From positions 3,906,001 to 3,970,000 of the forward strand of contig CM039000.1 in the NCBI GenBank assembly GCA_017499595.2: a DNA stretch of 64,000 bases, read 5' to 3'. A model generated the notes under the pieces. The model was not told the origin of the DNA, did no database searches, and saw only the letters and a list, made by a program, of their open reading frames with translations. Shown here piece after piece: positions 14,557 through 28,746 of the stretch (position 1 is the first letter of the stretch; each line of letters starts with the position of its first letter). The stretch comes from Psilocybe cubensis (lineage: Eukaryota). The position numbers and the translations under genes are program-made.

Positions 14557-17500
14557 ATGTGGTTATAATATACTACATAGAGGATATAGCTATACTCTAT
14601 TCTATTCTGCAACTTTGTGTTTTGTGTTGTGTGTTTTGTGTGTTGCGTTCATCTCCTACCGATCTTCTTACCCTTAATGCCTTGAAGCTAATTAATGGTG
14701 GCTAATTATTTTTAGCGTTTTTTGTGGGTTGAATATATGGTATGGTATGGTATGATATGATATGACGGTGTTGGAGGGGTGATGGTATTGGCGTTGGCGT
14801 CGTGGGCTCGTGGGCTCGTGTCGTGGGCTCGTGGCGTCGTGGGCTCGTGACGGTTGGTGGGGCTCGGGAGCTGACGATGACGATCACGATAACAGTGGGG
14901 TGGGGGTACTACATTGGCAGGCGGGCTCAGGCTGAGGCTACGGGCTGCTCGGGAGCTCGGGAGTGGAGAGCTCGGGAGTTCGGGAGTTGGGGAGTCGGGA
15001 AAGCTTCGGGGATCTAATCTATCGTGGTAGGTATTTTTGTTTTTTTGTTTTGCTTGTTAGTTGTTAGTTGTGAGATGTTTCTTTTTAGTTGGTGGAGTGA
15101 TCACTGGCACTTTATCGTTGTCACCGATTTTATCATTATCATTGTCACTGACGTTGTGCTATTGCTATTGCTATTGCTATTACTATTACTATTGCTATTG
15201 CTATTGCTATTACTATTACTATTGCTATTGCTATTGCTATTAGTATGAGTATTGGTATGAGTATTAGTATGAGTATTGGTATAAGTTTTATTGTTGCTAT
15301 TAGTATTAGTATTAGTATTTGTATTATTGCGCTATTAGTATCGGTATTGGTTGTACTATTATTATTAGGGTCGGTGACGGCGAGCGCGAGGTATGAGGTA
15401 TGAGGTGTGGGGGATAGGGGCGACGAGACGAGACGAGACGAGCAAGACACGCACCGAGTCGGAGTCGGAGTCGGAGTCGGAGTGACGGAGTCGGAGTCGA
15501 GGGGTGCGGAGGGAGGGGATGTGCGGTGTGCGAGCGGTGGCATAAAGAGCTCATTAGATCGAACTGAATCGAATTACTCGAATGGAATGGGATGATGGGA
15601 TGGGATGGGATGGAGAGACGGCGACGAGCGAGCGAGCGAGCGATGGAAAGAGGAGGAAGGAGGAGGAAGGAGGAGGAAGGAGAAAGGGATAATAGCGCAC
15701 GGAGGTGGGAAAGGTTCGGAGCGTTGGCAGTCAGTGGATGGTTGACAGTCGCAGACACAGTGGATAGTGCACGGTGCACGGTGCACGCACCGAACCCGAT
15801 TGTGGTGCCGACGGGTGAAGGAGGTGTAGGCAGTGGGAGTAGTGAGCTGGAAGTTTGAAGCTGTTTGAAGACAGGGTGGGATGATACTGATACTGGTACT
15901 GATAGAAAATAAGTGAGTGAGTGAGTAAAGATCCCGGACGGTGATAGCGGTGGCGCTCCTCCGGATCCCGACGCGTCGCTTCGCCTTTTTTTGGTGTTTG
16001 GCGTTGGGAGTTGTTTGCTGTTTGCTTTTTGGTGTTGGGTTACCGCTTTGCTTGGATGATAAACGATTTGCTGAGATATGCGATGATATGATTACGATTA
16101 CGCTTATGATATAAGGAATATCTGGAATATCGATCACCGCTCGCTGGTTTTATAATATAGTATCGTATAATATAATACAATATAAGATAATATAAGGGAA
16201 TGCACGGCGATGAAAAAGAGATGAAATGGAGGAATCAGGATGTTGTTGTTGTTGTTATTGGCCGGCCTTGACGACTGAGGAGATGGATGGAGTGGGGAAG
16301 GAGCGGGTGCGGTGCGTTAGTGTGTGGAGGACGAGAAGAGGCGAGCGAGGGGATGGGAAGGAGGAGAGGGATGGGGATGGGGATGGGGATGAAGAGGATA
16401 CAGAGAACGTCGATGTCGATGTCGATGTCGTCGAGGATAAGAAAAGCGACTAGACAAGCAAACAACAGCAGCAGCTGCAGCTGTACATTCCAGTCTGGGA
16501 AAAGAGCAGCCGCGATAACGCGAGAATCGCAGCTGGGAACGCAGCGCGTCCATCCGGGGCTCAAGAAGCGCATTTCGCACAAAGTAGGACAAGTCAGCAG
16601 GCGACACAAGCAACCAACGAGATCTTGATTGCTCTGATACGCTGATGTGCCTGACACCGGCCGCGAAACAGGTGATTGTCCCCTTCATCCCCATATACAC
16701 CTCCATTATTTACCTAATCGCACAGAGAGGAAATAATAGATAAAATAAATAAATAAATTGAAAAAAAAGGAAATATGGGGGGAGGAGAATGGGGGTGTGT
16801 GGTGGTATTTAGATTTCGGGGCGGTGGGCGGTGGAAAGGATTCTTTTGCCTTGTCCCCCTTCCCTCCCCAGTTTTCCGCGCGTGCATTCGCTGTGGGCGT
16901 TTCCCCCTCCCTCCCTCCCTCCCTCTCTTCAATCCGCAACCCCTTCTATGCAAGTGGTCCTTTGATAAGAGCCCCCTACCCCCGCTCTCTTCTCCCTCCC
17001 GCCTTTGCCCTGCCGTCACAAGGATACCGCCTGGAGTGAGTTCAATGCTTTTTGTGAGCTGGATTCGTGTGCTGATAATGTTCATGTCTACGTAGATCTC
17101 GCGACCCTTGCCGGCTTCTACTCTCCCGCCCACCCTTCACCCAACCCCCAGCAACTATCAAAGGACCCAGTCCCGCCTACGCAATATCGCTTGAGCCCTG
17201 CTCGCGACCCCCCACCACCACACCCAACTCGCCACACCCACACGCAACGCTACGCAGCTTTTCCCTCCCCTTCCCCCTTCCGCCTCTCTTGTGTTTACTG
17301 TAGCGTAGCCCGTACCGGCTTGCTATCGTTATCTCCCACGACCACCCCGACACCATCCGACTAGCAAGAGGCCTCCGCTGAGCAATCGCGTACCTCGAGC
17401 TTACCCTGCCACCTACCTAAAACTTATCCTTATCCTTATCCACCTATCTTCTTCTAACTTGTCTACGACCCCCGACGCCTTCTTCCACTTACTCACTACA

Positions 17501-18095
17501 CTTGCACTTGTAACTGCCACTTTACACCCGCGGCCCGCCCGATCGCGTCGCACCCGCCTCCCGCCTTCCTGTACCGACGCTACATTTGGTAGTTTGCATC
17601 CTGCTTGAGGCTCCGGTCTCGCGGTTCATCCTTACCCACACACCACACCACACCACACTCACACCGCCACTGATACGTATACGTACTGAACAACCGACAC
17701 CGCTCCTTACTTCTCGCATCGCATACACTCTCTGACCTGACGGACGCATACTCGCCCCGGCTCTATATTCACCCCCCGCCACCCGCCTCTACGTCTTCTG
17801 TAAAATCGAAGTTTGAAGTTTTCGAGCTTCGTCATCTATCTACCGGGGTCGAACTTTTTTTCTTTTTTTTTTTCGCGGCTCGCATATCTAATCAATCAAG
17901 AAGAAAATCAAGAAAATCTACACTTCAAGCAAGAATCCAGGAAATCAAGAAATCAGGAAATCAAGAAAATCCAAGAAATCAAGTACCAGCACCACCACAG
18001 CAAATCACTTCTCGACGCCTTTTCTTTCGTATCCTTTAATCACCACCTACCTTTTCTCTTTTTTTTTCGACACATTTTTTTAAACGTTTATTTCG

Positions 18096-20745
18096 ATGGC
18101 TATGACACTTCCGCTCTCGCCTGCGTCGGACGCGGCGAGTCCTGTCATTGGCAACAACAACAGCAACAACAGCAATAACAACAACGACGCTGGGTCGCCT
18201 TCTGCTTTGGGCGACGCTTTGAGCGGTGGGCCTGCTTCTCCCACCGCCGCTTCGGTAGCTTCTACGGCTGTAGGCTCGAACAGCTCTTCAGCCTCTACCC
18301 CCTCCGCCTCTGCCTCTGCCTCTGCCTCTGCCTCCGCCGCCAACAACAACAACGGCGGCAATGGCGCACCAGCCCCCGGCTCATCCAACAATACAGCGCA
18401 TAACACCGCCGCGGCACATACCGCCTCCGCACTCAAACGCAAACCCTCCCGACGCGCCAACACCGCCGAACGGCGCGCAACACACAACGCCGTCGAGCGT
18501 CAGCGGCGCGAGACGCTCAACGGGCGATTCCTCGATCTAGCCGCTCTCCTCCCCAACCTCTCTCAAATCCGCCGGCCGTCCAAGTCCTCCATCGTGAATT
18601 CGAGTATAGCGCACATTCATGCGAGTCGGAGGCATAGGGGTATGGCGAGCCAGGTTGTGAGGGGGTTGAAGGCGGAGTGTGAGGCGCTGAGGAGGGAGGT
18701 GAATGAGTGGAGGGATCGGGCGGGGATTCCGAGGTGTGAGGAGCCGGTTAGGGGGGATGCGGTGGGGATGGTGATGAGTGGCGAGTTGGAGTTGGTGGGG
18801 GTTGTTGGGGAGGAGGAGGGGGAGGAGGAGGATGAGGATATGGTGGGTGTGCAGGGACAGGAAAGGGGGGGAGGAGGACTGGAGAGGGAGAGAGGGGGAG
18901 GGGGGTTTATGGATGTGGAAGAGGAGATGGGGATGGGTGGCATGGGGGGGATGGGGTATGCTGCGTCGCCTGTTTCGGCGCATCCGCATCCGCATCATGC
19001 GCTTGCGCATCATGGACATCCGGCGCATTCGGCGCATCATTTACAGGCGCATCATGCTATGCACCCTGCGCACACTGCGCATCATGGACATGGGCATGGA
19101 CACCATGCGTCGGTGTCGGTGCATCATCCTGCACATGGGATGCACCCGTCGCACGCTGGTCATCCATCGCACCCTTCACACCCTGGTCATCCATCGCACC
19201 ATCCTGCCCACCCTGGTCATCCTGCATACCACCACCAGCACCAGCAGCAAATGACACTCGCACAACAACAGCAGCTTATGCAGCAGTTGCATATCCAGGC
19301 CCAGTTGCAGGCGCAAGCTCAGGCTCAAGGGGGAGTGTTTGCGCATAATCCGCCTAGTGCTTCTTCGGCTGGGGAGAGGGGTGCTGGGGAGAGGGGTGCG
19401 GGTGAGCGAGGGGGTGAGAGGGAGAGGGAGAGGGAGAGGGGAAATGGAGGTGGAGGTGAGAGGGAGAGGGGGGGAGGAGGGGGTGAGAGGGGGGGAGGAG
19501 GGGGTGAGAGGGGGAATGGGGGAAATGGAGGGAGTAGACCTGGGACGGCGGAGTTTGGGTATCATTCTAGGGTGAGTTGACGTTTTTTCAAAGTTTTTTT
19601 TGGGGGGTTTTTTGTGGTTATGGTCCCCCCCTACCCGCTTTTCTTTTTTTTTTTTTTTTTTTTTTTTGGTGTTTGTGTTCGTCGACGTCGACGTCGAAGA
19701 AAAAAGAATTGTTTTCTTTTTTTTTCGTGCGTGCGTGTGTGCGTGTGTGCGTGTGTGCGTGTGTGCGTGTGTGCGTGTGTGCGTGTGTGCGGTTGTGCGT
19801 GTGTGCGGTTGTGCGTGTGTGCGGTTTTTCGACCCTCGATTCTCGTTGTTTCGATACATCGTGATCGTGATTAAACCAACCAGATTCTTATTCTCTTTTC
19901 CCCTCTCCTTTTCCTTTTCCTTCCTAGTTGAGGGTTTAGGTTTAAGGGGGTGTAGAGATGCGGAGTTTTTATTGTCACTATGATCTTTTATTTTTTCTTT
20001 TTCTTTTTCTTCCATTCCTTTCCTTTCCTTTCCTTTCCTCTGTTCCTTTTCTCTTTTTTTCTTTTGCGAGAGATGGAGGAGGAGGAGGAGGAGGGGGGAT
20101 GAAGATGAAATGATTATATATACCAACCACCCTCTGATACACGCCCCCCTCCCCACCTTTTTTGCTCTGTCAAAGGAGGGAGAGAGGAGGGGGGTGATGA
20201 GGATGTGTTAACTCTCTTATGATTTTTCTTTCTTTCTTTCTCTTTTTTGGTGGTTTTTTGTGTTTGTGAGTTTGGGTTGAGCATGGAGATGGGGTTGCTG
20301 ACGTATCTGTCTCTTTTTTTTTTTTTGCTCTGCTCTGCGCTGTGCTCGTTGCTCTGCGCTCCGTCGTTGCTCGTTGCTCGGTCGTCGGTCGTCGCCTCGT
20401 CCGCCTCCTGCACACCTTTGCCCATTTGCCTCGTCGGACCATTCACATTCATCCGCCGCTGTCGTTCCCATGCGCATGGGTCATGGCTATTTTTATCCGT
20501 CCATCAATCCATCAATTATCTCACGTCGGTTTTTTTCATCCATCAATCCAACTACAATTTCACTCATTCAATGCATGGCATCAACTCAAACTCAATTCAC
20601 CCCACTCTATTCAACTCGACTCAACTCAATTCGCCTACCCTATTCAACTCAACTGAATGCACGACCTTACAGTCCTCCGCGGGGTTTGGACCCAACAACA
20701 ACAACAACAGCTCCAGCAGCAGCGGTCCCGCCGGGTCTAACTCCT

Positions 20746-20782
<37 letters not shown>

Positions 20783-21893
20783 TGGGATGTTCACGCCGCC
20801 TGCTACTGCGCATGGGTTGCCTTCTTCTTCTTCTGCGTCGGGCTCGGGTTCGGGTTCGGGTTCGGGATCGAATGTTAATTCCGGTTCGGGCTCGGGCTCC
20901 GGTTCAGGTTCGAATGGGGGACCCCAGTTGAGTGTGAATACGAATGTGCACAGACCGTCGACTGCTCAATCTCAATCTCAATCTGCAAATGGGGGAAGTT
21001 CGTCGGGGTCGCCTGTTGGAGGTGTCTCATCGAATTATCATTATTCCCAGCAGCAGTCGCAGTCGCAGTCGCAGTCGCAGCATTACTCGCATCAGCACCA
21101 GCACCAGCATCAGCATCATGGACATGGACATGGACATGGACATGGGTCGCCGGTACATGGATCGCCTGTTTCTACTTCCAGCGCCCATTCGCATAGTCAT
21201 TCGCATGATGTCCCGCCGAATACAGCTGTCAGTCCGTCGGGGTTTGACACGGCGGGGTTTGGGCTCGCTCTTGGGCTCGGGCATGGAGATAGCTCGCCTT
21301 CCTTGGGTATGAATGGTGTTGCCAATGCGGTTGGGAGGAAAGTGGGGAGGGCGAGGAGTGGGAGTGGAGCGAGTGCGGGGAGTAGTGTGGGGAGTGTTGG
21401 GAGTGCGAGTGCGAGTAGTGTGAGTGGAGGAGCGAGTCCGGCGTATGAGCTTGCGCATTCGCATCATCATTCGCAGGCCCAGGCCCAGCAAGGTTCAAGT
21501 CAAAGTCAAAGTCAAAGTCAGAGTCAACAAAGCCAGGGCCAGATGGGCTATGATGGTGGTAATGGTGTGCCCCGAGGTGGCGGGTACGGAGGTGCCGGTG
21601 CTGGGTTTGGAGGGATGAATGTTAACATGGGATCCATGGGCTCGATGGGTATGAATATGGGGTCGATGGGGATGGGTGCTATGGGTATGGGTTCGATGGG
21701 CGGTATGAGCCCCATGAGCCCTATGAGCTCCATGGGCATGGGCGGTATGGGTGTAGGTGTTGGTGGGCTTGGAGCGATGGGCGTGGGTGGACTTGGAGCG
21801 ATGGGGATGGGCGGGATGGGCGGACTTGGGGGGATGGGTGTTGGTGGGATTGGGATGGTTGGGGGGATGGGTATGGGCGGGATGGGGTTCTAA
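18096..21893 (+). CDS. bHLH transcription factor with extensive low-complexity regions; predicted exons 18096-19571 and 20673-21893 (~898 aa)
   Basis: bHLH motif ERRATHNAVERQRRETLNGRFLDLAALLP...SKSSIVNSSIAHI followed by a coiled coil. Phase-0 donor AGG|GTGAGT at 19572 and acceptor TTACAG| at 20672 join two long in-frame ORFs. An additional internal exon cannot be excluded. Confidence 0.85.
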
Positions 21894-24800
21894 GAACTGA
21901 ACGTTGAACGTTGAACGTTGAACGTTGAACTCTCCGCCTCTGTCTCTGTCTCTGTCTCTGTCTCTGCTTCCGCCGCCGCCGCCGCCTCTGCGTTGTCGTT
22001 GTCATCGTCACCGCCAGCACATACCACCCACCAGCCAGCCACCTATGTTTTTCTTTGATACCCACGTCGATACCCCCCATCCCCGCCTGCCCACCCACTG
22101 TCCTGCCTATGTTCCAGCCCACTTGATCATTTACACCACTCGTCTCATCTACATCATTACGGACGTGTACGCGCTTCGCTTCGGTCCGCTCTGGCCTTAT
22201 CTATGCCTCATACTATCTATCTATCTATACATGTATATGCATGAACACTCTACACTCTACACTGAACTCTACACTCTATGCCCCACTTCCTGTTTTTTTT
22301 CTTCCTGTCTCTCGTCTCGGTTATCATCTCGACACTTGTCTCGACTCCGTTTCTGGACTCATTTTTTCGTCTCTCGACTTGACTTGACTCGGTCCCCTCG
22401 GTCCTTGGTCCTTGTATGGCGCGGTGCTGTATTATTTATTCGTGTCGGCTTTGACTTCGATTTCGATTTCGATTTCGATTTCACCTACACCCGCCCGCCC
22501 GCCCGCCCTCGCGCTCGTTGATCGTTGATCGTATTAGACGCCTCATCGCCTCCCACACAACACAACACAATACATGCTCGACTATAAAGATAAAGATAAA
22601 GATAAAGACAAAGATATCGATTCAAGATAAAGATGTTAACTCCTATGCCCTTCTGTCTATCTATACCTTGACCTTGTCATTCTCCTATCCTCCGTTTTAT
22701 CCGCCTATCCTCGTATCTTCATATCCTCATACCTTCTATCCTTCTAACATCTTGACTATTTTCCTTTTTTTTCGATTTTTTGAAGTTAATTGCCGTTGCC
22801 GTTGCCGTTGCCATTGTCGGGGTTTTTTTCTGTCTGTCTTTTGTCTTTTGTCTTTTGTCTTTTGTCTTTTGTCTTTTGTCTTTTGTCTAGTCTTGTACAT
22901 CCACCTCCGCCACTGCGTATTCGTGCCCCCGCGATGTTGTTTCGTTGATTGTTATTTCGTTGTTTGTTGATGCGAACGTTGGATCCGTTGTTGTTGTTGT
23001 TGTTGTTGTAACCCCCCACCCATCTCTATATACTTACTTACTTACTTTACACTTACACTTACACTTACACTTACTTTTTTACTTTCTTTCGCTGTAGATT
23101 TTTTTTTTTTCAATTTTCTTTCACTTTTTTTCTTTTCACTTTTTTGGATTTGGTTTTACTTTTTTTGTTTTTCTTCTTTTTTTCTGTGATTTGTGATTTT
23201 TGTGATTGTGATTTTTGTGATTGTGATTTTTGTGATTGTGATTTTTGTGATTGAACTTGAAACTTGAAACTTGAAACTTGAAACTTGAATGTGATTTGTG
23301 ATTTGTGATTGAACTTGAATGCGATTTGTGGTTTTTGATCCTCGTCCTCGTCCTCGTTCTTGTCCTTTGAAAATGTATTTTTTTTTAATGGTAATGTGGT
23401 GTATTATTAATGAATGGATGGATGAAATTGGTTGAATGAAATTTAATGGATGGATGGACTTGGTTGAATGGACTTGGACTTGGAAAGACGAATGAAATTG
23501 AAATTGAATGGATGGACTCGGATGGATGGATGGATGGATGGATGGATGATTTGTTTGGTGCTCGGTGCTCGGTGCTTGATGTTTGGTGTTTGGTGTGATG
23601 TTCATGGTCGTTTGGGGGGTTGCTTGTGAGCGAGTTTGGAGGTTGGAGAGCGAGGGAGCAAGGGAGTGTGTTTGGTGGTGAGGTTAGAGGTGGGAGCTTA
23701 GAGGTTGGAGTTTGACTTTTCAGTTGGTTGCTTTTTTGGCACTCGCCTGCGCCCTCACCTCATCGTCAAAAATTACAACCATCGACATCGAGAGTACGAG
23801 AAATTGCACATTTTCGTATTCTTCTGTTCAAGTGTACACCGTAAAGTGCTAGACGTGGACCTGGAGCTGGAGCTGGAGCTGGAGCTAGACGTGGACGTGG
23901 ACGGGGGTGTGGATATAGACTTGCATTCGTACATACATCTAGTAAGATCTACATCTAGCTGTCGATTGTGTGTGTATCTGCTTATGTGTGTTCAACGTTC
24001 AAGTTGGTGGGTTGGTTTTTTGTATCTACTAAAATATGAATGAATGGATGGATGGCAAGAATGATACATGGATGCTTTGACTCATAGGCGGGTGCATAGA
24101 TAAATGGGACGGATAGATGGATGGGTACTCTGTTTAGCTTAGTTGAGCTGTAAAAGAGGTAGAAAATTAGGGATTTAGGTATGCCCCAAGGATGTACTCG
24201 AGATTCAAGCTCAGTTCACGCTCATTCGGGCTTTGGGGTAGTAATTTAGTCGGCCAAAGCGATGTCAGGGAGTATATGAGGGCGCAGGTGTCGTGGACCG
24301 TGTGCTTGGAGAGTGCTGGTGTCGATATTTGATGTCGATGTCTGTGTCTGTGTCGGAGTGGGAGTTGGTGTCGGTGTCAGTATTGCAGTGTGTAAGGGAA
24401 AAAGCGAGATTAAGAATGAGGTGAATGGAGATGGAGATTTGAGCGAGAGTGTTCATGAATCAATTTCTATTTTCATAGTTTTATCGTGTTCCCTGAATTT
24501 TCTTTGGGGGGGAAACTCAACTTTTTTGATTTTTTTCTTTGGACTTTAAAGATTTAAGCTTAAGGTTTGCTTCAGAATTAGGCATAGGCTTGGGTTGAAT
24601 GCGTATTTGGAGTTGTGGACCTGTTAGAAGGGTTGGAAGGTAGATTATACATTTAATTTAGTTGCAACTACTGAAGCTTGAAGACGCAAGGTCACTGATG
24701 CAGATAAAACTGAAGTTGTACTGATACACCCAAAATGTCGCGTCCACGTCAGTCGCGTCGACTGCGATAGGGGAAATTGGAGGTCAGGTGATCCACCATC

Positions 24801-27800
24801 TATGATCTGAACGGGACTTTGACCCAAGTCGGAGAGTTGGACGCGTACAAGTTAATGTATAACTATGCTTGTCTTTCCTTTTTGATTATTTAGAGGTAGC
24901 AGTATGCCATCATGCGCCATACATCTTTCTCCCTCCTGGGAACATGATTAACCTGGCTATGCACATATATAGCAACGGCACCCGTCGATCCTTCTCCACA
25001 ATGCCATGCTCACCATGCTTTAATTCAAAGACAATTAGTACAAGACAATAAATTCAGCTTAAGCATATGAAAAGGACTGGGGGCGCGTACAAAAGTTTGG
25101 GGAAAGCTGATGAGAGTGGGTGGTCAGCCGGTACCTCTTCGATTCCCCGGTCAATTATGGCTTGAATACAACCGGACGCTGCCCGCATGGGGAGACCGAT
25201 ACGCAGGACGCCACTGTATTTTGCCCTAAGCCGTCCTTATTTATCTATCGCGAAAAAACATGTGCGTCTGTCGAATTAGATTATACGTATATAGTCAACA
25301 CAAGGCGAGGGATACTAGTCATGACACGACGGTGATATTTGTGATCTACCCTCGTGTGGTTGGCGGTTGTCGCCACCTCCCTTCGCGGGTTTGGATGTAC
25401 GTTAGCGTAGTCTATTTTGTCACTTATCTAGGCTGTGCTTGAGAAGCACTTTCTTCGGTGTCCCTGCGTGCAGTATCGCGGGTGGGCCGTGTGCTCTCGA
25501 GGACAGCGCACACGATTGATTTTTGCTTGTGCAGGTCTTGTCCTGAGCATATAGTGCCCCCGGTCTCTAGTATCAATTTATTCCTATTCCCGCTCATGAA
25601 TATTTAATTATCAGACGGTGTGTGCGTGAGCGCGAGCGCGATCATTGAGCCCTCGTTTTGTACAAGCCACCGGCGGGCCCCCTCGTGGGACTGATTCTAT
25701 CGTTCACTGCCTTCCTCTTATAGATCTAGTAGAATAGATTCGTTTGACTAGCTGCTAACTTCCACTCGACTTGCATATGAAATTGCACTCTGTGGAGTGG
25801 AAAAACGCTCGCTATTAAAGCTAATTCGACAATCGTGATGATAGGCTGCAGATGAGCCGCTATCTACGCGTGCCGAGGTGTCTGATTGCGGCCTCGGGCG
25901 ATTGTCGTTTTGGTTCTTAGGCTGGATCGGCGGAGATGGGCTTGGACACGCACGTCTGGATGCGTCGAGTTGAATGGACTGTGGGGCTCACACTTGGGAA
26001 GATTGAATACGCCTGTTTATTGAGTTCACTGTGGATGCCATGGGAGGAGCTTGCTGAGTTGCTGCTTCATACCTAAGGCAAGATAACGCCATTGTTGTGT
26101 GTTAATACAGCTACCACGCGCGGCGGCGGCCGTGTGCACTATTGAAGAGAGAACAAACGACAGAAATTCTCTGAACGAACGGACCTGCTTTCCAATCCTT
26201 GGTGGACTTCCTAAACGCCTTGAGGCTTCAATGTTGCATAGCCGAAAAACACAAGAGGTGAAAGTCCATATGATATTTCGAGCGTGGCGTTCTTGAGCTG
26301 CAGGTAGCTTGACATTTGAGTGATGGTTGGCCCTGTGAGAACAATGCGTGCTTAATTGTAGAGTGGGATATTGTGACTGATAATCGAAGTAGCGTCATCG
26401 TATCGGACTTACTACCCATAAGCAGGGAGAAAACGGGTGTCTAGGACTACCAGCTGCCCCGAGTAATCGCCATACACGGTGAGAAGAAATGTCGTTTTCG
26501 GAAGCGATGAAAGAACCATCAGGGAGGCTTTAGCATACAAAGCATACTTGTCTTCTCAGGGTCAGGACATGGCGCCCATATTCTTTTCTCAGGCAATGTT
26601 ATATTATCTGTTCGTAATTGCCTTCTGTGGTGATACGTACCCACGACCAGATGCACATGCAATATGTGTGAGGCTCTGTGCTCACAGCCTGTCAGGCAGA
26701 TCCAGTTTCTCACGAAAATGCGTTTATCTTATCGCACTACGTAGACTAGCAATGCTTCAAGCATGGGCATTCTGACAAACCCCTCCTGAAAATAACCTTT
26801 ACCAGAAAAAGAGAATTTTACCGGCGGTGGAAGTAAGTTTGATAGCTAGGTAATTACACAATCAATCCCGTCCAAGCTAATGTGTGCGTTATGCAAAGAC
26901 TTGTACAAAGACAGAAAAAGAGTCAAGATAGGGGAGGCGCCTAGTCGCCAATCCTAGTCTAAATTTAGAACCATTCATTATTAGCTCGAATCGATGTAAG
27001 AGATTTTGGACTGCTGCAGTCAACTATAAAACTACGACAGATGTCTTATGGTGAAGCCATTCCAAAACATGAGGCCCTTGATGTCGTCTTGTGCAAGTGT
27101 ACTCACTGCTCACTATCAATAATACTAAAACTAAAGTAGTGTTCGCAATACTCTGACATCTAGAACAAGTTCCGCTAAATCAGGAGACAAAGAGGTCTAG
27201 GATAGTCTAGATACAGACAGTATGACAAGATAACCAGCCCATTTCTCGGGGGTCCAGGACTGTCCCAGAATGTTGACTCGTCGAGGACTCGAGATTGAAT
27301 CCGGTGTCGCCCACTAATTCTCGACCACGGACACCCGTCCTCACAATTGTGTAGCTTAGGTTGGGTACGTAAGCCGCTTAAGAACAATGCTCAGTTTTAG
27401 TCTTCGGATTGCGTTTTTTGCGATTTCAAATTATACGCATTTGATTACGTAGGGTCGACAAACTGTTGCTCAGAGCCAGGTTTCAAGTTGCTTCTCAAAG
27501 TATTATCGGTTAGATTATAATCCATACCTTTCCATGATCCGGCGTAGAGTTTAAAGATATACAAAGGCAGTTGGATGCACAGGGTTTTGTACAACCTTTC
27601 AGCTGGGACGCGTCCGGCGTCTATTGCGGATTGCATAACGATGCCAAACGGAGACAAACGGTAGCAAAGGCTCAATTGGATTTAGATCGCGGTTGGCACC
27701 TAAGATGGCGTGATTAAAGTAAGCAATTAGGGCAGGGTTTGATACCTCCCGACCGGTCTGTGTGATAGTGGTATAGGTTCGGCGCTCTCAACCGGTGTGT

Positions 27801-28746
27801 TACTTGTGTTTTAAACAGGTGTTATACCACATCACGTGACCTTCAGAGTTTATTATTATTATTATTTTTTTTTAAAAAATGCATGGCCAATTGACTGGAA
27901 GTCCTAATTTTTAAGCTTAAGCAAAGCTATAACTGATTATCCTAGTGTTACATGGCTTATAAGATATATCTGTGATGTTTGTAAAGCTACCCAACACCAT
28001 AGGTCATTTTTGATGCATACACTGGGAAATGTGACTGTGTCACACGGTGTGACCAGGGATCACAAACTCACTTTTTGCCGACTACATGCCGCCGCGGCAT
28101 GAAGTACAAAGTTAGAATTTAGAAACAGCGTACCATTTGATTGACAACACTTTCCTGTAGCAAAACTATCAATAAAAGTCTAAAAATTAATGTAGATTGT
28201 TGGTAGATTGAGAAGTTTTGACTATAATACCCCCGAAGATTAACACCAGCAATACGCATTCAAGATGCAATTTTAGAGAGACCACTTCTGAGTTGAACAG
28301 TGTCATGAACTACAGGCCGTTTGTATCTCAATGACAGCATTAAGCACAGTATACAAGAGGATTAAATTGTTTCTTGGTGTTGCTCAACCTCGAGTATTTA
28401 CCGGAACGAAATTCAAGTCGGTGGTAATAGCGTTGGCTCATATTTTGAATCCTTCTATGTCCAAGGGGGTCCTAGGATAATAAGAGATTGGTCGCTAGCC
28501 GGATCCCTGCCCTTTCGGGATAATATCACCAAAACATAAACTTTTTGGCTAGAATTCTGGATTTGGGGTGTGATTGTACGAAAATTTTGTTTCAAAGCAC
28601 ATATCTTATTTATCTAGACTTCCTTTTTATGACGAATTAGTTGAAATTGGTGATCAGGGATTTGCAATTCGGCCAAAATAGTTGATGGTACGTATGATCC
28701 CCGACGTAAAATTCTAATCAATAGTCCCGATATACCGCCTTATACC

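Larger units (their letters stand above)
11600..24550. repeat. Microsatellite-saturated island surrounding the bHLH gene
   Basis: Dozens of different short tandem arrays, e.g. (GCATTCA)n ~13642, (GTGTAG)n 14401, (TTGCTA)n ~15160, (GGAGTC)n ~15460, (GTGTGTGC)n ~19735, (TGAACGT)n ~21898, (TTTTGTC)n ~22840, (TTGAAAC)n ~23257, (GGAT)n ~23520. Confidence 0.9.

Noticed and set aside
11782..17800. Many overlapping ORFs in the SSR island, plus antisense ORFs over 18-24 kb
   Set aside because: Low-complexity translations without domains; explained by repeats and base skew.
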